From the NCBI RefSeq assembly GCF_035084215.1, contig NC_090339.1, forward strand, positions 25,234,001-25,298,000: a DNA stretch of 64,000 bases, read 5' to 3'. Numbering within the stretch: position 1 is the stretch's first letter; each line of letters opens with the position of its first letter. The translations under genes were made by a program, and so were the position numbers. A model generated the notes under the pieces. That model ran no database searches, was not told where the DNA came from, and was given only the letters and a program-made list of their open reading frames with translations. This document shows positions 22,701 to 35,900 of the stretch, in pieces. This DNA comes from Heptranchias perlo. Lineage: Eukaryota.

Positions 22701-23012
22701 GCACCTCCCAAACCTGCGACCTCTACCACCTAGGAGGACAAGAGCAGCAGGTACATGGGAACAACACCACCTGCATGTTCCCCTCCAAGTCACACACCAT
22801 CCCGACTTGGAAATATATCACCGTTCCTTCATCGTCGCTGGGTCAAAATCCTGGAACTCCCTTCCTAACAGCACTGTGGGAGAACCTTCACCACACGGAC
22901 TGCAGCGGTTCAAGAAGGCGGCTCACCACCACCTTCTCGAGGGCAATTAGGGATGGGCAATAAATGCCGGCCTTGCCAGCGACGCCCACATCCCATGAAC
23001 GAATAAAAAAAA
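19707..23012 (+). mobile_element. Near full-length CR1-group LINE with tRNA-derived head, single EN-RT ORF (stops), no ORF1
   Basis: A box ggtagcatagtgg (19712-19724), B box gttcaaatccc (19784-19794); GDFNVHH, SDHH, KAMGPDNIP, QFGFR, AFDRVWH, GSVLGP, ADD; tail gggcaataaatgccggcc...cccatgaacgaataaaaa. Confidence 0.93.
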
Positions 23013-23089
23013 ATAATACATTGTTATCTGTGATTGTACTTGTGATCTGGACCAAATATTTGCATGTTTTCCTTCAATCTCTTCAAAGG

Positions 23090-23550
23090 TGGACGAAGCA
23101 AATACTTGGATGGGGGAGGGGGGAGAATAGAACAAAAGGGAAGGTCTGTGATAAGGTGGAGGGCAGAGCTCATTAAATGACAAAAGGGGTGATGGTGCAA
23201 GGCAAAGAGGACAAGTAATGGGACAAGTAAAGAAACAAAAGATGGGTGTGGAGGAGCTGTAAATGGCAACAGCAGAACCATTACCAGCTGAAAAAATGGG
23301 AGCGATGGTTATGTTTAGGAAAGAACATGCCATGCCTCATCAGTAGATCGTCTCACTTGAATTAGCTAAGATGTCTCCTAACTAGTCATTAGCATTTCTA
23401 AATCAAAAGCAAAATAGTACGGTTGCTGGAAATCTGAAATAAAAACAGAAAATGCTGGAAATACTCAGCAAGTCAGGCAGCCTCTGTGGAGAAAGAAACA
23501 GAGTTAACGTTTCAGGTCGATGACCCTTGGTCAGAACTGGAAGAAGTTGA
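23090..23550 (-). mobile_element. Penelope-derived non-autonomous repeat with degenerate hammerhead
   Basis: Minus strand agttctgaccaagggtcatcgacctgaaacgttaact...ctccacagaggctgcctgacttgctgag; related copy at 59860-60035. Confidence 0.65.
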
Positions 23551-23850
23551 AGAAAAAATTCTGAAACGTGACCACCCCGTACCACTGCCTTGGCTGACAT
23601 CAGCTAACTGAGTGTGCTGACCAGGGATCAAACCTGGAATCATCTTTGTCTGCATGGCTCAACAACTGACTGATAAACTTACTAAGGTAAATTTTCCAAG
23701 GACCAATGCTGACTGAATGTAAGGCCCACCCGCGGCCGGGGTTTGGGGGAGCCTTGCGAAAATTACTTTACTGAGCCATCAAGGAATCACTCAGGCTTTG
23801 TTTTACTTCACAAGTAAATTTTGTGACATCCCATGCCACTGTCAAAATTG

Positions 23851-24291
23851 TAAACCATTTTACAACACCAAGTTATAGTCCAACAAATTTATTTTTAATT
23901 CCCATTTAAAATTCTCAAGTACCTCACAAGTACCTCACACTTGTACCTCACAAACCCCTTTTCCTCACACTTGTACCTCACAAACCCCTTTTCCTCATTT
24001 TAATATTGCAGTGTGTTTGGAACTCCCAAGGAATACCCATCTTCATTACTTTGCACAGTGCAATGTCTAAACAAACATAAAGCAAGAATAATAACAAAAG
24101 GATTCGGAGAAAAAACAAAAATGAAAAACTGGAGGATTAGCTGGAGGTAATTTCCATACCGTTCACCTGACGAAGGAGGAAGCCTCCGAAAGCTTGTGGA
24201 ATTAAAAATAAATTTGTTGGACTATAACTTGGTGTTGTAAAATTGTTTACAATTGTCAACCCCAGTCCATCACCGGCATCTCCACATCATG
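23851..24291 (+). mobile_element. Penelope-like insertion with inverted terminus, captured flank and 13-bp TSD
   Basis: TSD actgtcaaaattg at 23838-23850 and 24292-24304; 23846-23903 is an inverted copy of about 24197-24255; 3' end shared with the element at 37024. Confidence 0.88.
24163..24199 (+). ncRNA. Minimal type I hammerhead ribozyme motif
   Basis: tcac-CTGACGA-a-GGAGG aag CCTCC-GAAA-gctt-gtgg: both core boxes, stem II and palindromic AAGCTT. Confidence 0.7.
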
Positions 24292-26559
24292 ACTGTCAAA
24301 ATTGGTTGTGTGACCTCTTGCGACCAACTTGATTTTCAAAAATGAGGCTCCACTATCTTTACGTAGGGTATAATTTAAATAAAGAAATCCCATATAAAAT
24401 TGTCAGGGCCCAAATTTTGAAAATTCCAGTGAGACTCCACCAACAGTGTAATAGATGCAACAAGAGTCCTGGGGACTTACCTGCTGAAGCAGGTCTCTTA
24501 AAGGGAAAAGATAGGTTTTGTAAAAAAAATTGCAGATCCAAGTTCCCTTTGTTGCATTTTGCACCATGCATTAGTTGGTTTTGCTGGCTAATCCTCCAGT
24601 TTTTCATTTTTGTTTTTTCTCCGAATCCTTTTGTTATTATTCTTGCTTTATGTTTGTTTAGACATTGCACTGTGCAAAGTAATGAAGATGGGTATTCCTT
24701 GGGAGTTCCAAACACACTGCAATATTAAAATGAGGAAAAGGGGTTTGTGAGGTACAAGTGTGAGGAAAAGGGGTTTGTGAGGTACTTGAGATACAAGTGA
24801 GCTAAGAGACTGGACTGACTCAGCCGGTAAGCTGCCTCCATGCAGCTGGCACATATGATTTTACTCAAGGATGGCATTCAGCTTAAAATAAGGCGACCCT
24901 CCTTTAGGGCGCTTCCTGCAGCTGGAGTTCCAATTCTTCAGTATCAAAAGTAGCACTGCTGCTCACATATTTCCTCTGCTCACATTGTGAACAATTCAAC
25001 AACTTTTCTGTCACCACCACAACATCCCCTTTTTTTGGTGAACTGCAGCCTTTTAAGAGCTGCTAGCTCGCCAGATTTTGCAAGCCCCAGCCAAGTGTGC
25101 TGCAGGCCAAACTCTCTGGGCAAGCTTAGCCTCATTTAATGAGGGGGCGAGCATTATATCACAAAATTTGATATGGCCTGCCCTCACATTACGGGCAGGG
25201 GTGGATCTGCACGACAAACATGCATGCACGCAAAATTTTCAATATTGTAAAATCGGAGCTCTCATGGTTACTTTTTGAAGGTTTGAAAGGAACAGAAGAT
25301 ATAGCAGTAAAAAATCAAGCAGTTTATTCACACATGGCCATGGCACTGCTGGAGATTCTCCCAGCATATGGTACAACATATGGTTCCAGAGTTACAGAAA
25401 TTTATTTGCAGCTGAGATTATCTTTAGCTCTGAGTCTACAAGATTTTGCAGACCTTGCAGAGCTTTGGCCTACATCCAGTTAACAACACTTCTCCAATCA
25501 GATGAGAGAATGATCTCAAATAACAACTTTTCCATCTTCTGTTATTCTGCAAGGACAGAGCCCATACTTTTTTTCAAATGATGACAATTCAGGCTCCCAA
25601 TGTCCCAGTTGGTAAGACACTGTCAGTGGGGTACTATGCAATATTGACCAGGAAGATCCCAGGGTCAGCTGATGCAGCAGTTGGGGTGCTATAAATGGCA
25701 TCAGCACCTCCAGGCAAAGGAGGGTAAAAATCAGCCAGCGTCGCTCTCCCAATTGCTGCACAGTGACCCATGTACTGTCCAACTGTCATATCTAGTTTGC
25801 TCCTACTGAATCAAGAGTACTACACCCACTGAACCACTCGGGGCGCTTATTTATTAAATACTCAGCACTAATGCTGTCTGAAAAGTGTCTCCTTAACCCT
25901 TCCAAATGCCTCCCTGACGCGTTGAACTGCTGTCCCAACCAGAGGAGGCCTACTCCTGATCTTGCACATATTTTTGGTTTACTGACGTCCTCTTCTGCTT
26001 GGAGTATGAGTCTGGTGGGGTTTTATTTGGAGGAAGGAGGTAGACAGAAGTCCCCCAAAAAGGACCAGTAGATAAATCAGATATCAATGGGCTTTAGGAG
26101 TCAAAAAAAGGAAAAATTGCCTAGCAAGATACATAGTGAGGACACTGTCCAGGAACCTACTTAGCCATCCCTCCTCAGCCCAGATAAAAGCTCCCCTGCA
26201 GACAAGATGGCAGGTATGAGGCCTTGATGGATATTTAAACGATCTGAGCTATTTCATGGCATTAGAGTTTTGGGAGGGGTTAAAAGACCAAAAGACAAGA
26301 AGGGGTTGTGCTACTGTTTTTGGAGACTCCTGCACTGTACGTATTTCATGTGGGGCAGTGCTTTTCTGCAGTCTGGGTATTTGAGAACTGTGCTGATGAC
26401 CTAATGTCATTGGGCAATGAATCTAGCTTGTGTATAAATATCAGTCACATCGAGAGGAATGGGTGAATATTCAGAGTAAGAGTTTACATAACCATAGTGA
26501 TAAAGGTTGATCTCCTTTGTTAGAAACAGATCTTTGATTATGAACATACGAACTATCCA

Positions 26560-27010
26560 GCCTGTCCCACACAATTGAGATACCTTATGCATCACAATAT
26601 ATACACACCCCACCCCACGCAAAACCATGTGATCTCCTGGGCGATGCGAAAAAAGATACCCAGGCCAAATTGGGAAAAAAATCTGGGAAATTCCTCTCTG
26701 ACACCCCCCCCCCACCCCCCCCCCCCGACCAAAGGCAATCGAAACTAGTCCAGTAGATCACTCTGGCCCTGATAATTCCTTGCAGTACCTACCTTTTGTA
26801 AGAGGTGATCTCTGCCCCAGCCTGAACAGATCCAGCTCTTGCTTGAAAGAATTCAGCAAATCAACGTCCACCACAGGAGCCAGCAGCCTGTTCCAGGGGT
26901 CCACTATTCTCTGGGTAAAGAACCATCTCCTAACATTTAACCTAGATCTGGCCTTATAAAACTTAAAATTGTGACCCCTGTTCTTCTCTAACCTATTTAA
27001 TTGGAACAAA
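26560..27010 (-). mobile_element. CR1 3' fragment
   Basis: RGHNFKFYK...RRWFFTQRIVDPWNRL...SFKQELD. Confidence 0.8.
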
Positions 27011-27289
27011 CTGTTAGTGAATCAATTAAGATAAAGACTGAAAAGCAATAGTTTGAGTTACTAGAAATTAGATAGTTGAGTTCAAAGGTAAAAAGAAAAA
27101 TAGCTAATGCTCAAATTTTTTATAATCAGTTACAGAAAATGCACAGCAGGTCAATCAGATTCTGAAAGATATAGCTGGGTTAATGTTTCACAGCGGAAAA
27201 TGTGAGAAGCTAATGATTTTATTTATCTCAAAGATCAAGACTATCCAGTTGACTGTTTTCCTCTCTCCTCTCCCTCTCTGAACACCCCC

Positions 27290-27915
27290 CACCCCCAGCC
27301 CCATACCCACCATCAACTTGATACCATTCTGCAGCTTCTCCCCCTACTATTTTCCTCTGAGAGTCACATCCTGTGTTCTCAATCCCTTCTGATCCACCTC
27401 CTCACCACACAACTGTTTTTGCTTGGTCTAATGCTGGCTGACATCATCAGTGGCTCACTTTCCTCAGGGTTTGTCTTCAAAATTCCCATCATCACCCCCT
27501 TTCTCAAAAGCTCACCACCAACCTCTCCATCTTCTCCAACTGCTGCCTTATTTCCATCTTCCATTTCCTCTCTAAAGTCATTGAATGCATGAATGCCATC
27601 CAGATCCATGCCCGCTTTCCCTATCATTCCCTTCAGTCCAGTTTCTGACCTGCTCAATACACTGAGTCCACTCTGGTCAAAGTTACCAAGTCCTTTGTGA
27701 CTGCAACCATGGTGTGCTTATCCCTCCTTCTCCTCTTTGACCTCTGTGCAACATTCAACATGGTCAACTACTCCATTCTCATTCACAGTCTCTCCTCTTG
27801 AGGCCACCACTGGCATTGCCTTCACTTGGCTCCACTCCTACCTCTCCCAAGGTAGCCAGCATACTCCTATATGGCCTTCACGCCCTACCTCAACATAATT
27901 ACCTTGGGAGTGTTC
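27290..27915 (+). mobile_element. Decayed L2 RT fragment
   Basis: Remnants of QSxF, STESTLVKV, LLLFDLxAxF and WxxSYL. Confidence 0.7.
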
Positions 27916-28277
27916 CTGACCCCACTCCACTCCTAAAATGGAAATGGGGTTGATTGTAACCGTACCCACCCATCACGGCTCCTCCGGGACCCACAATAAA
28001 AGCCACGGCTTCCCTGCTCCAGACCCCCCCCCCCCCCCCACCCTTCTGCAAAACCCTCCTGAAACCCTCTCCCTGACAGTTAGGGCCACCCAATCTTCAC
28101 CTGCCAGCAGCCGCTCTGCGCCTTTTCCGTGCCGATTCTTGGGCTGGCGGCATTTAAATGAGCCTGATGATTAAAAATAGGCGGGCAGAAAATCAACTCA
28201 AAATTCAACTGTTATTTAGTCAGGGAACTTTACAGATTAGATTGTGCTTGTCAGTTTCAGGTTCCAGTTTAGAAGCG

Positions 28278-30850
28278 AGAACAACAATTTGCATTTATAT
28301 AGTGCCTTTAACGTAGTAAAACGCCCTAAGGCGCTTCACAGGAATGTAATCAAACAAAATTTGACACCGAGCCACATAAGCAGGTTTTAGGACAGGTTGG
28401 TCAAAGAGGTAGGTTTTAAGGAGTGTCTTAAAGGAGGAGAGAGAAGTAGAGAGGTGGAGAGGTTTAGGGAAGGAATTCCAGAGCTTAGGGCCAGGGCAGC
28501 TGAAGGCATGGCCGCCAATGGTGGAGCAATTAAAATCGGGGATGCGCAAGAGGCAAGAATTAGAGGAGCGCAGAGATCTCAGAGGGTTGTAGGGCTGGAG
28601 GAGGTTACAGTGATAGGGACGGGCAAGGCCATGGAGGGATTTGAAAACAAGGATGAGAACTTTAAAATCGAGGCATTCCCGGACTGGGAGCCAATGTAGG
28701 TCAGTGAGCACAGGGGTGATGGGAGAACGGGACTTGGTGCCAGTTAGAATTCGGGCAGCAGAGTTTTGGATGAGCTCAAGTTTATTGAGGATGGAAGATG
28801 GGAGGCCAGCCTGGAGAGCATTGGAATAGTCCAGTCTGGAGGTAACAAAGGCATGGGTGAGAGTTTCAGCAGCAGATGAGCTGAGGCAGGGGCAGAGACG
28901 GGCGATGTTACAGAGGTAGAAGTAGGCAGTCTTGGTGATGGAGTGGATAAGTGGTCGGAAGCTCATCTCAGGGTCAAATAGGTTGCCAAGGTTACAAACG
29001 GTCTGGTTCAGCCTCAGACAGTGGCCAGGGAAAGTAATAGAGTCAGTGGCTAGGGAACGAAGTTTGTGGTGGGGACCAAAGACAATGGCTTCGGTCTTCC
29101 CAATATTTAGTTGGAGGAAATGTTTGCTCATCCAGTACTGGATGTCAGATAAGTAGTGTGACAAATGAGAGACAGTGGAGTGATTGTGAGGTAGACCTGG
29201 GTGTCTTCAGCCTACATGTGGAACCTGACGTCGTGTTTTTAGATGATATCTGAGGGGCAGCATGTAGATGAGAAATAGAAGGGAGCCAAGGATAGCTCCT
29301 TGGGGGATTCCAGAGGTAACGGTGCGGGAGTGGGAAGAGAAGTCATTCCAGGTGATTCTCTGGCTACGACTGAATAGATAATGGAACCATGTGAGTGCCA
29401 TCCCACCCAGCTGGACGACGGAGGAGAGGCTTTGGAGCAGGATGATGTTGTCAACCGTGTCAAAGGCTGCAGACAGGTCAAGAAGAATGAGGAGGGATAG
29501 TTTACCATGGTCACAGTCACGTAGGATGTCATTTGTGACTTTGATAAGGGCCATTTCAGTACTGTGGCAGGGGCAGAAATCTAATTGGAGGGATTCAAAC
29601 ATGGAGTTGCGAGAAAGATGGACACGGATTTGAGAGGTGACAACACGTCTAAGGACTTTGGAGAGGAATGAGAGGTTGGAGATGGGGCGGTAGTTTGCGA
29701 GGTCAGAGGGGTCAAGGGTGGGTTTTTTGAGGAGGGGAGTGATGATGGCAGATTTGAAGGGGAGGGGGACAATGCCCTAGGAGAGGGAACCAGTAACAAT
29801 ATCAGCTAACATAGGGGCCAGGAAGGAAAGTTTGGTGGTCAGCAGTTTAGTGGGAATAGGGTCGAGGGAGCAGGAGGTGGGCCTTATGGTCAAGACGAGC
29901 TCAGAGAGAACATGTGGGGAGATAGGAGAGAAACTAGATAAAGATACGAGTTCAGGGCTAGGGCAGGGGGTAACTGTAGGGGAAGTTAGGCTTGGTGGTC
30001 CAAGGGAAAGGAGAGAAGCAGCAGAGGCAGCTGAACGGATAGTCTCAATCTTAGTGACAAAGATGTCCATGAGCACCTCACACTTTTTGTTGGAGGTGAG
30101 GGTGGAGGGGGCAGGGGAGAGGGGTTTTGGAAGACAGTTTGTAGTGGAGAAGAGAAGTCAGGGGTTATCTTTGCATTCCAGGATGATCCTGGAATAGTGA
30201 GCAGCTTTGGCAGAGGAGAGCAGGACCTGATAGTGCTTTAAGCCAGATCTGGCGATAAATGGTTAAACCAGTTGTCTGCCATAAACATTCAAGTCTGCAT
30301 CCCTTGGCCTTAAGGGAGCACAGATGAGGGCCATACCAGGGGGAACGACCAGGGATTAGAAAGAATAAAGGTTTTAATGGGGACAAGGACATCAATGATG
30401 GAGGTGAGGGTGTGATTGAGCAGATTGGTAGCTGCAGAAATGTCGTCGTGAATGGAGGCTGAAGGCTAGACAATTGGGAATTTAAAAGTGCCGTTGTATG
30501 TGACTTGGTGGAGAGTTTTTTCTAGGGGCGGGCACAGAAGGAATTGGAGTTGGGAGGGGGAAGGGGGAGGTGGATGGAGAGGGATACAAGGAAGTGATTA
30601 GAGACGGCCTTATCCGTGATTGACATGATGGAAGTAGAGAGGCCATGTGAGATGGCAAGGTCGAGGGGGTGGCCATGAATATGGGTAGGGGAGTTTATAT
30701 GGAGGGAGAGGTTAAGGGAGTCTAGGAGGGCAGTGAACTTAGAGGACAGAAAGCATGATGAGTTGAGATGGAGATTGAAATGACCGAAGATGAGAAGTCG
30801 CTCGGTGCAGAGGCTGAGGGAGGAAAGCAATGAAGATATCTCGGTGAGAA
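28278..30850 (-). mobile_element. L2 LINE, long fragment with intact-looking 3' end
   Basis: SCSLDPIPTKLL, HSTEMALIKVTND, LDLSAAFDTVD, HAFVTSRLDYSN, PITPVLTDLHWLP, SSFKTLLKTYLF. Confidence 0.95.
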
Positions 30851-31729
30851 AAAATTTAAGATTGTTTTGCATTTGTAACAAAGTGTGGTATTTGGAGTGT
30901 GACCTCTGCACATGCTGATATACCGTTTTTAAAATATGGCTGCATTTGGTGACACTGCCCCGGTATAATTAAGAAAAAGTGTAGTGGCACTGCCAGGAAG
31001 CGGAAGGACAACGCTCACCCAACACTTTGCCTGGAATGTGTAATTTGATCCATGATGTGGAGATGCCGGTGATGGACTGGGGTTGACAAATGTCAGGCTG
31101 GACTACATTGAAGTCCTCTACTTGCCTAAGTTTAATGTGTAATTTGATAGAAGATTTTGTGTGGCATGCTCAAGGTCAGTTGGATGATACGCTATTTTAT
31201 AAGAACAGGAGTATTATGCCATGTAATGCACAATGTATATTCTGCTGCAAAATGAAACTGTTGTTACAATTTTCAGGCCTTGCTGAATATTTCTCCTGTG
31301 CTCATCAATAAATGGCACTCCTGTCAGTAAGCCTTAAAACCCATGTGTAACTTTATATGCACAATAGTAGGGTAATATTACCCAGAGGCCCAACAGAATT
31401 CCTTTGTTACTGTAATTCACTTATGACAATTGACATGGGCCCTCTTGTGTTCTCTTAGCCTTCAGATAGCACAAGAGTAAGCACTCTCAGACCGTGAGAC
31501 TTAGGCTACATATTACAAATCAGATTTATTGAAAGTAAATATATATATGTATGTATATATGTAAATTATAAATGTTATATATCCTATAGATGATTGCCAG
31601 CTTTAATATGTTATATTATCTCTGTTTTAATTAGGACACTGAATATAAACTTTACCTGAATGGACCTTTTGAAATTTGTCGTCTAGCTTTTCTTCATATA
31701 ATTTTCAGAAACAACTATGCAGAATCTGC

Positions 31730-32075
31730 TAGAAGTGCCTTGGGGTGTCATTCCGTGTTGACAGCACTATATAAATGTAAGTTGTAGTTGTTGTTGTTGT
31801 TGTTACTGAGAAAAAAATCTTACAAATCTTACAAATTTTACATCGTAATTCTTGTTGTTTAAGTCCTCCATGACCTTGGCCCACCCTATCTCTGCAATCA
31901 TCTCCATTCCTATTTCTCTGACTCCCACCTTGCCCTGTCATTAATGGAAGAACCTGGATCCTACTCTGCAGAATTCCCTTCCTAAATCTGCCCACCTCTC
32001 CCCACTTTAGAAATCTTCTCAAAACCTATTTGTTCGACCAAACTTTTAGTCACCTCTCCTAATCTCTCCCTTTTT
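31730..32075 (+). mobile_element. L2 3' fragments and (GTT)n microsatellite
   Basis: ttctcaaaacctatttgttcgaccaaacttttagtcacc and tatataaatgtaagttgtagttgttgttg. Confidence 0.65.
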
Positions 32076-32159
32076 CTATTTTTTCTTTCTTTCTCTTTTT
32101 TTTCTTTCTTTTGTTTAGAGTTTCTTCATTCCTTTCCTTTTTAAATTTTTTTTTAAAGT

Positions 32160-32770
32160 GCTAGTTTTTTTCCCTTTTTTTGTAAGTTTTAGGCCCCCGT
32201 TTTATAAGAAGGGGGGTTAGGGTTTGTTTTATGTGCAGCAACTCAATACAACCAAAATAAATGTCAAATAATAATTTTATTATATTGATCCAGGATGCAC
32301 TCCAGTCCCTATGGTGCCCACTGGTCGCGGAAAGCCTCAAGCGTAATGGCAGACCACGCGTGCTCCCTCTCCAGGGCCACCCGAGCACGGAGAATGCTGC
32401 GGAAGAGAGGCAGACAGTCGGAGCGACCGCCCCCATGGGCTGCGTCTAACCTGGACCTGTGGATAGCCACCTTGGACAGGCCCACGAGGACGTCCACCGA
32501 CATGCCACGCCCCCCCCACACCGGGCGGCCAAAGATCAGGAGCGTGGGACTGAAGTGCAGCCAGAACTTGAGGAGCAGCCCCCTTAAATAGTCAAACAGG
32601 GGCTGCAGCCTCCCACACCCAGTGAACAAATGAAACACGGACTCATCCAGGCTGCAGAAATTGCAGGCGGCCTGGGAGTCCGTGAAATGGCGTAAACGCC
32701 TGTTGGTCGCGACTGCTCTGTGCAACACTCTCCACCCCAGATCCCCAATGGCACAAGGGAGGAATCTCTC
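32160..32770 (-). mobile_element. L1/Tx1-clade LINE 3' fragment
   Basis: DLGWRVLHRAVATN...CNFCSLDESVFHLFTGC (CCHC zinc finger) followed by an A-rich tail. Confidence 0.85.
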
Positions 32771-33302
32771 CCTTCTTAGTACAGCAACTGTTTGCTTCAT
32801 GCCTATATGTGAAGTGTCTGAGGATGTTCTTAATGTTAAAAGTACTATATTGTACTGTATTTACGTTTAGCAATGAGAAATTGTATGAGGCATACAGTGA
32901 GAAGACACAGATAGAACGTTTGCATGACAAACAGGAAGACCTTGAATGGTAAACAAACAATGATACAGTTAGTTACAGGAAAAGAAATTATCCACGAGTA
33001 ATGGCAAGCCATATCAACAAGCCTAATTTAGAAAAAAAAACTGCGTGCCTCGTTAATCGTCCTTCCAAAGACCCTTGTTGACGGTGATAAATTACAGGCA
33101 GTCCAAAGAACCGCCTGAGGATTCACTTCAATGTATTGAGTTTTCAACGTAACACATAGTAGACTCTGAAGGCATTAAGACCCAGAGGCACAACTAATCA
33201 GTTACAGAAGGACAGCTTCCTGCGGTTCGCTAGGCTGGTGTAGGAGAATCTGTCCAGTCAGTGTTTATCTTTTTCTGCCGGGAGGAATACTTGAAGTAGA
33301 CT

Positions 33303-33498
33303 ATGGCTGTGGATGAAGTGCGGGTAGTTCGCCCCTTTAAGTTGATCGCTCTGATCTGTGTCTTTGTGGCTCTGAGTTTGGACGTGGTATCTTTGCTGAG
33401 TCCAGCCTGGGTCACTGCCCAGCGCTCCTCGCTCTCTCTTTGGGACTACTGCAAACAAACCGCGGCTGGTTGGTACTGTGAGTCCGTTCTCCACACAG
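33303..33498 (+). CDS. TMEM47: TMEM47-like (PMP22/claudin superfamily) coding exon 1
   Basis: MAVDEVRVVRPFKLIALICVFVALSLDVVSLLSPAWVTA...LSLWDYC...WYCESVL; donor CAG|GTAAGG phase 1. Confidence 0.93.
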
Positions 33499-35489
33499 GT
33501 AAGGATTAGCATATCAAAATGATCGTAGTAGGATTTGTTTTTTTTTCCTAATAAGTCTAACCAGTCCCTTTTTACTTGTACTTGATTTACAATTGAGGCG
33601 AGTTTCTTTTAGAGAAATGGGTTTGTGTTGTTATTCCTCCCCCTTGTTTTTGTTAAATAAACTTTCAGGGACAACATTTTTGTTGCAGGAATTGCATCGC
33701 GCCAGTGCGTTATTCTCATTGTTTTGGGCCAGCTGATGTGTAATAATATTTTTAAAACTTTGGTTTTGTTTGAGGAGTAAACAGAAGGTGAGGTGGGGGA
33801 TAGTTGATTGACCAAGGATGAAGTTTTCTCTTTGTTAGGTAGAACTCATGCAGCAAAAAGAAGGGGGAGGGGGAAGAGAGACAGTGTGTCGAAAAGATGA
33901 TGGGAACGGGTAAACCAAGTCGGTAGGGAAGGAAACAGAAACAAAAAAAATGTCCTTTAAGGGAGAAAAGTTTTCACAGTTGAGTGGGAAACTTAAAAAA
34001 ACTCTGCACCTTAATTGTGTTTTACTGACTAGCACTTTATACTGAAGCTGAATTAAAAACATATATTTTGAAAAAAAAATCTTGGCTGACGTGATAAATT
34101 CTGGATCCAATAATCCCCTTAAAAGAGAAGGGGGAAAACTTAGATAACAAATTTTAATTCAAAATATGCATCTCTAAGACAGCATGAATTCACAGCAGCT
34201 GGTAACTAATTCATATTAATTTTCATCTAAGTTTTTATGGTATGAGGTAATGATTCTCAAAACTGCTCTGCCTTGGTGTGACTTTAGTGCTCATCCAGTT
34301 CTGTCACTAGGCATATTTGGCATATTAGTAGCAATACACTACACTCAAACCAGTATGCTTTAATATTGTGTGACATGCTTATTGTATGATACTCTGAAAA
34401 TTCATCTTTATTAAATTGCTTTTTCCATATCCACCATAAGTGATACGCTGATGACTGCCAGTGCGTCACCCTGGTGTTTCAAAATGCTGCAGACACAGCC
34501 TAAGTTTAATTGTTGTTGGATGTTTTTCACAGTTCAAGTAAACTGCATGCAAAAAATTCACCCACCCACCCACCATCCACTGTTACTGAAATCCTAGTGA
34601 TAACACTGGCGTTTGTTTTACATTTACTTAGCAACCAATATATAACTGCCTGGGATTTTTTTCTTACTGCTTTTCCTTAAGCTGTTCTCTCCTTGGTGAG
34701 ACATGGTTTAATCAATGCCAGTTGTTGCCTGGTACTTTATCCAACCTTCATTATTTATGCATGTGCTTTGACAGCAAATATTGGCAGGACCTTGGGAGCA
34801 TTGCAGCCAAACACAATCCTGTCCTTACCCAATGTTCACACTTCTAGTGGGGGTCATTGTAAAGCAGTAAGGACTCTGAACCCTGGTGTGTTTTTTAATT
34901 CCCCTCCTTCCCTAATCCAGGGGCACTGATATCAATTGTCGCTTCCTTGCCACTTTCCTGGCTGAGATCTATTAATTTAGCACAGATCTGAGATCAAATT
35001 TGGGACCTTCCTGGTCTGTATGGCTCAGCCATTTACTGTATTATCCCTCTGGGTAATGGGGAGAGCTGTCTTGAATTGGTTTAAAGGCAAGACTGTTTGG
35101 GGTGGGGAAAACTCCATGTCAGAATAATATAATGCAAATGCTAAGGGGTGAAAGCGGACATTACCAGATACAATTTTTTTAAATCCTGAAGGCAATTAGT
35201 GGAGTGCGTGTCCCTTACTTTTGTGCAAAGATGTGACATAAGGAGTAAACTTTCATACTTGTCCCTCCTTTATAGTTTCTTCTGATGGCAAGCATGCTTG
35301 GGAGGCAGTGTAAATGGCACAAGTGGCATCAAAGCAGCAGCATCCGATTGGGAGAGGTAGTTTTGCTACGTGCATCTGAAATGAAGTGCCTGACATTGGG
35401 GAAGGATCATGGCCAGAATGAAATGCTCACTTGTGCAGTATTCCACCTCACAATATAAATATGATTAAGTCGACATCAAAGTTGCATAA

Positions 35490-35900
35490 ACTTGTCTTGT
35501 ATTCCCTGGAGTTTAGAAGATTGAGGAGTGATCTAATCGAGGTATTTAATGACAAAGGGATTCGATAGGGTAGATACAGAGAAACTATTTCCTTTAGTGG
35601 GGGAATCCAGAACAAGAAAGCATAATCTTAAAATTAGAGCTAGGCCACATAGGAGTGAAATCAGGTAACGTGTTTTCATACAAAGGGTAGTGGAAATCTG
35701 GAACCCACTCCCCCAAAAGGCTATGGATGCCGGATCTTGAAATTTTCAAGACTGAGATCGATAGATTTTTGTTAGGTAAGGGTATCGATGGATATGGGAC
35801 AGAAGTTGGGTAAATGGAGTTGAGGTACAGATCATACATGATCTAATTGAATGGCAGAACAGGCTCAAAGGGCTGAATGGCCTACTCTTGTTCCTATGTT
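35490..35900 (+). mobile_element. CR1 3' fragment in TMEM47-like intron 1
   Basis: tttagaagattgaggagtgatctaatcgagg...gggctgaatggcctactcttgttcctatg. Confidence 0.85.

Noticed and set aside
26700-26730. Long poly-C/G runs (also near 11790, 28025, 37720, 46140)
   Set aside because: Simple homopolymers, mostly within TEs and prone to length error; no evidence of function.
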